Assembly (NCBI GenBank): GCA_045863855.1
Contig: BTVV01000105.1
Span: 1 to 21,450 of the forward strand
DNA length: 21,450 nt
Origin: Planctomycetota bacterium
GTDB taxonomy: Bacteria > Planctomycetota > SZUA-567 > H5-PLA8
Direction: 5' to 3'
The position numbers and the translations under genes are program-made. Positions 17,261 through 21,450 of the stretch are shown one piece after another; positions within the stretch are counted from its first letter, which is position 1, and every line of letters starts with the position of its first letter. The notes beneath the pieces were generated by a model that made no database searches, was not told where the DNA came from, and worked only from the letters and a program-made list of their open reading frames with translations.

Positions 17261-18403
17261 ATGCTTTCCATCGGCTGGCGCAACCTGAAGCGCGACCGTA
17301 TGCGCATGCTCGTCGCCGTCCTGGGCGTGGTCTTCGCCGTGGTGCTGGTCACGGTCGAAGTCGGGATGCTGCTGGGGCTGGTGCGAAACGCGTCGCTCTT
17401 GATTGACCGTTCCGGCGCGGAAATCTGGGTCAGCACGGTGGACGTCAAGACCTTCGACTTCGCCACGCCCATGGCGCAACGCAAGAAGTACATGATCCGT
17501 TCGGTGCCCGGAGTGGAGCGCGTCGAAGAATACAACGTCTCGTACAGCGTATGGAAGCTCCCCAGCGGAGGTAACGCAAACGTGCAGGTGGTCGCCTTCG
17601 ATCCGTGGGGGGCGCTCGCCGCCCCGCTCGACCTGGTGGAAGGAAGCCTGGATGATCTGCATAACCAGGACGCGATCATTGTGGACGAAGGCGAACGGGC
17701 CAAGCTCGGCCATCCGGCGCTGGGCGATTACGTCGAGGTGATGCAGCGGAGGGCCAAGGTGGTGGGCTTCACGCGGGGTATGCGCTCATTCACCACCACG
17801 CCCTATGTTTTCACGACGCTCGGCCGCGGCGAGTTCTACGGCTGGCTCACTCGTCCATCAGGGGATGCCGCGCGCCAGTCCATTTACCTTCTCGTCAGCG
17901 TGGCACCGGGACATGACCCGGAAGCGGTGCGCCGCAAGATCGAGTCCTCGGTATCCGACGTGGAGGCGCATACGCGCGAGTCCTTCGGCCAACGTACGCG
18001 CCGGTACTGGCTGCTCGAAACCGGCGTGGGACTGGGCTTCCTTGCAGCAGCTTTCCTGGGCCTGTTGGTCGGAGGCGTAGTTGTTTCGCAGACGCTCTAC
18101 GCGATGACTTTGGAGAGGCTGCCCGAATTCGGCGTGCTCAAAGCCATGGGTGCTTCGATGCACGAGATCGCGCGTGTGGTGCTTGAGCAAGGTTTGGTCT
18201 GCGGAGTGCTGGGCTTGGCGGTGGGCCTGGCTGTCAGCGCGGGCGTGAGCGCGCTGGCGGAGTCGGCTGGAGCGGCGGTCCTGATTCCGCCGGCGCTGGT
18301 GCTGGCAGTGAGCCTGCTGACGGCTGCGCTTTGCGCGGGGGCGGCGCTGATGACCGTCGCGAGGCTGCGCAAGCTCGAACCGGCGATGGTTTTCCGAACG
18401 TGA
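17261..18403 (+). CDS. ABC exporter permease, DevC/FtsX-MacB family
   Basis: WRNL...AVLGVVFAVVLV N-terminal TM, a large periplasmic loop, EFGVLKAMGAS, three C-terminal TM segments and a LEPAMVFR end. Confidence 0.92.
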   Translation: MLSIGWRNLKRDRMRMLVAVLGVVFAVVLVTVEVGMLLGLVRNASLLIDRSGAEIWVSTVDVKTFDFATPMAQRKKYMIRSVPGVERVEEYNVSYSVWKLPSGGNANVQVVAFDPWGALAAPLDLVEGSLDDLHNQDAIIVDEGERAKLGHPALGDYVEVMQRRAKVVGFTRGMRSFTTTPYVFTTLGRGEFYGWLTRPSGDAARQSIYLLVSVAPGHDPEAVRRKIESSVSDVEAHTRESFGQRTRRYWLLETGVGLGFLAAAFLGLLVGGVVVSQTLYAMTLERLPEFGVLKAMGASMHEIARVVLEQGLVCGVLGLAVGLAVSAGVSALAESAGAAVLIPPALVLAVSLLTAALCAGAALMTVARLRKLEPAMVFRT

Positions 18404-18413
18404 GGCGCGGCAC

Positions 18414-19154
18414 ATGACGCGGGCCGTGATTGAGATGCATCGGCTGGGCAAGCGCTACGACGGCGCCGCGTGCGCCGACGACATTTGGGCGGTCCGCAAC
18501 GTCACGCTGTCCATTTTCACTGGTGACGTTACGGTGCTGATGGGGCCTTCCGGCAGCGGCAAGACGACGTTGCTGTCCATGATCGGCGGCTTGCTCGCGC
18601 CGACTACCGGCCACTTGTGCGTGTGCGGCACGATCCTGGACGAATGCGCGGAACCTGAGCGCGAGGTCTTCCGCCGGCGGAGTGTGGGCTTCATTTTTCA
18701 AAACTACAACCTGCTTCATTCCCTGACCGCGGCCGAGAACGTGGCCGTGGGCTTGTCGCTGCGCGGTGCCGATCCGGACGCCGCCGTCGGACTTCTGGAG
18801 GTCGTGGGCCTGGCGCGAAGAGCCGGGAGTTACCCCGAGGAGCTATCGGGCGGCCAGCGCCAGCGCGTGGCGATCGCGCGCGCGCTGGCGGGCGAGCCCG
18901 CGGTGCTGCTCGCCGACGAACCCACGGCAGCGCTGGATGCCGAGCAGGGCCGGCTGGTGATGGGCTTGTTGCGCAAGCGCGCCAAGGAACTCGGCATCGC
19001 CACGCTGGTGGTGACGCACGATCCGCGCGTGCGCGATTTCGCTGACCGCGTTATCGAGATGGAAGATGGCCGCTTGCACCGCGTCGTGCGTCGCGTGCGC
19101 ATTCCAAACCTAAACGGCCCCGCGAAGCGAGGAACGCCCCATGCCCGCTCCTGA
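18414..19154 (+). CDS. ABC exporter ATP-binding protein, DevA/LolD-like
   Basis: Walker A GPSGSGKT, GFIFQNYNL, signature LSGGQ, Walker B LLADEP and VTHD. Confidence 0.95.
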   Translation: MTRAVIEMHRLGKRYDGAACADDIWAVRNVTLSIFTGDVTVLMGPSGSGKTTLLSMIGGLLAPTTGHLCVCGTILDECAEPEREVFRRRSVGFIFQNYNLLHSLTAAENVAVGLSLRGADPDAAVGLLEVVGLARRAGSYPEELSGGQRQRVAIARALAGEPAVLLADEPTAALDAEQGRLVMGLLRKRAKELGIATLVVTHDPRVRDFADRVIEMEDGRLHRVVRRVRIPNLNGPAKRGTPHARS

Positions 19155-20418
19155 TTCCGTAATGTCCGCCGCCAAACGCGCGCCGAAATCCGTACCCAAG
19201 GTGCCTGCGCATGGCCGTGCTCCGGAAGCGGCGCCGGTTGGGCGCAACCGCGCTGCATATGCAGTGGGCGTGCTGGTTTTCGCTACCACTCTCGCGCTCG
19301 TGGCGAGCCTGTTCGTGGCGGCGGATCGGGAACGGCCGGTTCCGGAAAAGCGGAGGGGACCGGGGATTGTCGCCGCGCCGGGGTTGGTGGAATCGATATC
19401 GGGCCTGTTGTCCCTGGCGTTCGAGATTCCCGGCAAGTTGAAAACGGTTCGCGTCGAGGAAGGCCAGCGCGTGAAAGCCGGGGAAGTGCTCGCGGAACTG
19501 GCCAATGCCGCGCAAGCCGCGAACGCGGCTCTGGCGCGCGCGGACTTGAAGGTCGCGCAGGCCGAACTGTTGGCGCTGGAAGGGGATTTGACGGGCCAGG
19601 AGCGGCAGGCGGAGCGCGCCGTCGAACGTGCCGCCGCCGAGTGGGCCATGCTCAAGGCCGGGCCGCGGAGCGAGGAGTTGGAGCACGCACGCGCACTGGC
19701 GCGGGCTGCGGCAGCCGAGTGGAAGCGCAGGCTTGACGATGCCAGGCGGTACGTGGATCCCAAGATCGCTTCGGAGCAACAACGCGACCTCTCCCAAGGT
19801 GAGGCCGACGTGGCCGAAGCCCAACTTGCAGCCGCGCGCGCCAAGTTGCGCGAACTGGAAGCGGGGTTCCGGCCGCAGGAGATTGAAAAGGCTCACGCGC
19901 TGCACGAAGCTGCGAAGGCGGATCTCGAACGCCTGCGCGCCACGAGGGACCGGCGCCTAGAAGCCGCCGCCGGCCGCGTCGAGCAGGCCCGCGCGAAGTT
20001 AGCGGCGGCGGAAACGGAATTAGCCAAGACGACTCTCTCCGCCCCGCATGATGGCGTGGTGATCTGGAAGTACCGCCACGCGGGCGAGAGCGTGGGGGTG
20101 CTGCCCCCGGAACCCATCTTGGCGGTGGCCGATCCGCGGAAGGTGCGCGTGCGGGCCGATGTGGACGAAGGCGACTACGCCCGCATCCGGCCGGGCACGT
20201 CTGCGCGGGTGCGCGCGGAGGCTTTCGGCGACCGCGATTTCCTCGGGCGGGTGACTTTGGTGGGCGCCGCCGCCGGACGAAAGCGATTCAGCTCCGGCGA
20301 AGCGAAGGAACGGCAGGACGTCAAAATCGTAGAAACGCTCATCGAATTTGAGGCCCCTCCTCCGTTCAAGCTGGGATTGCGCGTCACCGTCCAATTTGAA
20401 GGCGTCACACACGAATGA
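19141..20418 (+). CDS. HlyD/DevB family membrane fusion protein
   Basis: N-terminal TM, biotinyl-like halves (VEEGQRVKAGEVLAEL and LSAPHDGVV), a long Ala/Glu/Arg coiled coil and a VRADVDE beta-barrel. Confidence 0.92.
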   Translation: MPAPDSVMSAAKRAPKSVPKVPAHGRAPEAAPVGRNRAAYAVGVLVFATTLALVASLFVAADRERPVPEKRRGPGIVAAPGLVESISGLLSLAFEIPGKLKTVRVEEGQRVKAGEVLAELANAAQAANAALARADLKVAQAELLALEGDLTGQERQAERAVERAAAEWAMLKAGPRSEELEHARALARAAAAEWKRRLDDARRYVDPKIASEQQRDLSQGEADVAEAQLAAARAKLRELEAGFRPQEIEKAHALHEAAKADLERLRATRDRRLEAAAGRVEQARAKLAAAETELAKTTLSAPHDGVVIWKYRHAGESVGVLPPEPILAVADPRKVRVRADVDEGDYARIRPGTSARVRAEAFGDRDFLGRVTLVGAAAGRKRFSSGEAKERQDVKIVETLIEFEAPPPFKLGLRVTVQFEGVTHE

Positions 20419-20497
20419 AGCGTTTGTCTGGCTCGCGAACCGGCGCCAGTCGCCGAGCGCTGTACTCGAAGCCACGAGATTCAGGAGCACCGATCCC

Positions 20498-21193
20498 ATG
20501 GAATTGTGCGAAGCGCACTCCGTAGATGCGGTACATGTGCTGGACGAATTGGATTTGGCTAACCGGCGCTTCGGGATCCAACGGCGCTTTCGAGCGGCGC
20601 TCTCGCCCTGGATCGCGGCGCATGCCCGAACCCGGACGCCGCTTCGTCTTCTCGACGCGGGATGCGGCACGGGCGGTTTATTGCTAGACTTGGCGGACTT
20701 TCTGAAACGGCGCGGTGTCCCCTGCCGCCTCATGGGCATAGAGATCAATCCACACGCCGTAAGGCGAGCGCGCGAGCGCGCCGTCTTTGCTCACTTACCG
20801 GACATCGAGTTTCGCTGCGCGAAGCTTGAGACCCTGCCCGCAGGTTGCACGGACGTGGTGCTCAGCTCGTTCGTGCTTCATCACTTGAGTAAGGACGAAT
20901 TGCACCTTTGGATGAGGCAGATGCGGCGCGTGGCCACGGAGGGTGCCGTACAGGTGGACTTCCGTGCGCCGTACATCGCCCCCATGCGCTGGGTGTGGCA
21001 AGGAATGCTGGCATGCGCGGGCTTCTCCCAAGCCCTGCGCGAGGACGGCCGGACATCGCTGGTCAGGGCGTGGACGGCAGAATCCGTGCAAGAGGCCTGC
21101 CGGGCGGCTGGATGGGAGCCGGAGTCGGGAATGTTCGGCGGCCTGTGCGTTCAAGTCATGGGACGCTGGGCTCTCCCTAAGCTGGGTTCATGA
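20498..21193 (+). CDS. Class I SAM-dependent methyltransferase (type usually seen beside type III PKS genes)
   Basis: Motifs LLDAGCGTGG, GIEIN, DVVLSSFVLHHL and EDGRTSLVRAW. The first in-frame ATG is at 20498 after AGGAG; the true start may lie upstream near 20411. Confidence 0.85.
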   Translation: MELCEAHSVDAVHVLDELDLANRRFGIQRRFRAALSPWIAAHARTRTPLRLLDAGCGTGGLLLDLADFLKRRGVPCRLMGIEINPHAVRRARERAVFAHLPDIEFRCAKLETLPAGCTDVVLSSFVLHHLSKDELHLWMRQMRRVATEGAVQVDFRAPYIAPMRWVWQGMLACAGFSQALREDGRTSLVRAWTAESVQEACRAAGWEPESGMFGGLCVQVMGRWALPKLGS

Positions 21194-21199
21194 CGATAT

Positions 21200-21239
21200 T
21201 CCGTCCAAAGAAGCTGAGTCGCGGCCTCTTTGAAACGGA
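21200..21239. terminator. Imperfect inverted repeat between convergent genes (possible terminator)
   Basis: TCCGT-C-CAAAGA ... TCTTTG-AA-ACGGA fills the gap between the two stops. There is no clear U-tract. Confidence 0.3.
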
Positions 21240-21240
21240 T

Positions 21241-21450
21241 CTATGGATCGGTAAGCGATTGCACCCAACTCATGGAGAGCGTCCCGCTGAGTTGGACGCT
21301 TGAAATGGTGATAGAACTGCTCGCCCCCCCGCCAATCCCCACGCCATCCTGAAGGTTCACGCTCAGAGTCTCGTCCAAAACCGTTTTATCCTGCACTTTG
21401 AGGATAAACCGGTTGCCTTTCCGGGATATTTCCAAGTTGGTTCCCGGGGT
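21241..21450 (-). CDS. 3' end of a hypothetical beta-rich protein (continues beyond the window)
   Basis: The frame is open from the window edge (TPGTNLEISRKGNRFILKVQD...) to TAG at 21241. The strand pattern is reminiscent of a ConA-like sandwich. Confidence 0.55.
   Translation of the reverse strand, partial: TPGTNLEISRKGNRFILKVQDKTVLDETLSVNLQDGVGIGGGASSSITISSVQLSGTLSMSWVQSLTDP

Overview
GC-rich bacterial window. A Planctomycetota/PVC-like origin is inferred from gene content only (membrane-extended ECF sigma factor, sulfatase locus, N-acyl amino acid synthase). It has three blocks. (1) 2-11569: a co-directional + strand run of a partial alpha/beta-hydrolase, two exported hypothetical proteins, an OprB-type porin, a large Tyr/Gly-rich exported protein, a Cys-type arylsulfatase, its formylglycine-generating enzyme (FGE) and a SulP/STAS transporter. 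(2) ~11570-12510: a scar region with two diverged ~244-bp tandem units, each ending in the same orphan gene 3' end, plus a 40-aa basic ORF and a truncated HTH gene. (3) 12513-21193: the best candidate for an undescribed system. It holds a translationally coupled FeeM-type N-acyl amino acid synthase plus a VAO/PCMH (FeeG/CndG-like) flavoenzyme, a membrane-anchored ECF sigma factor, and a divergent operon of a small protein, a DevBCA-like ABC exporter and a SAM methyltransferase. A shared ECF-like bipartite motif, T(G/T)NAACC-N18-(C/A)TGA, lies upstream of all three transcription units of block 3. All calls come from motif recognition by eye; no searches were run.
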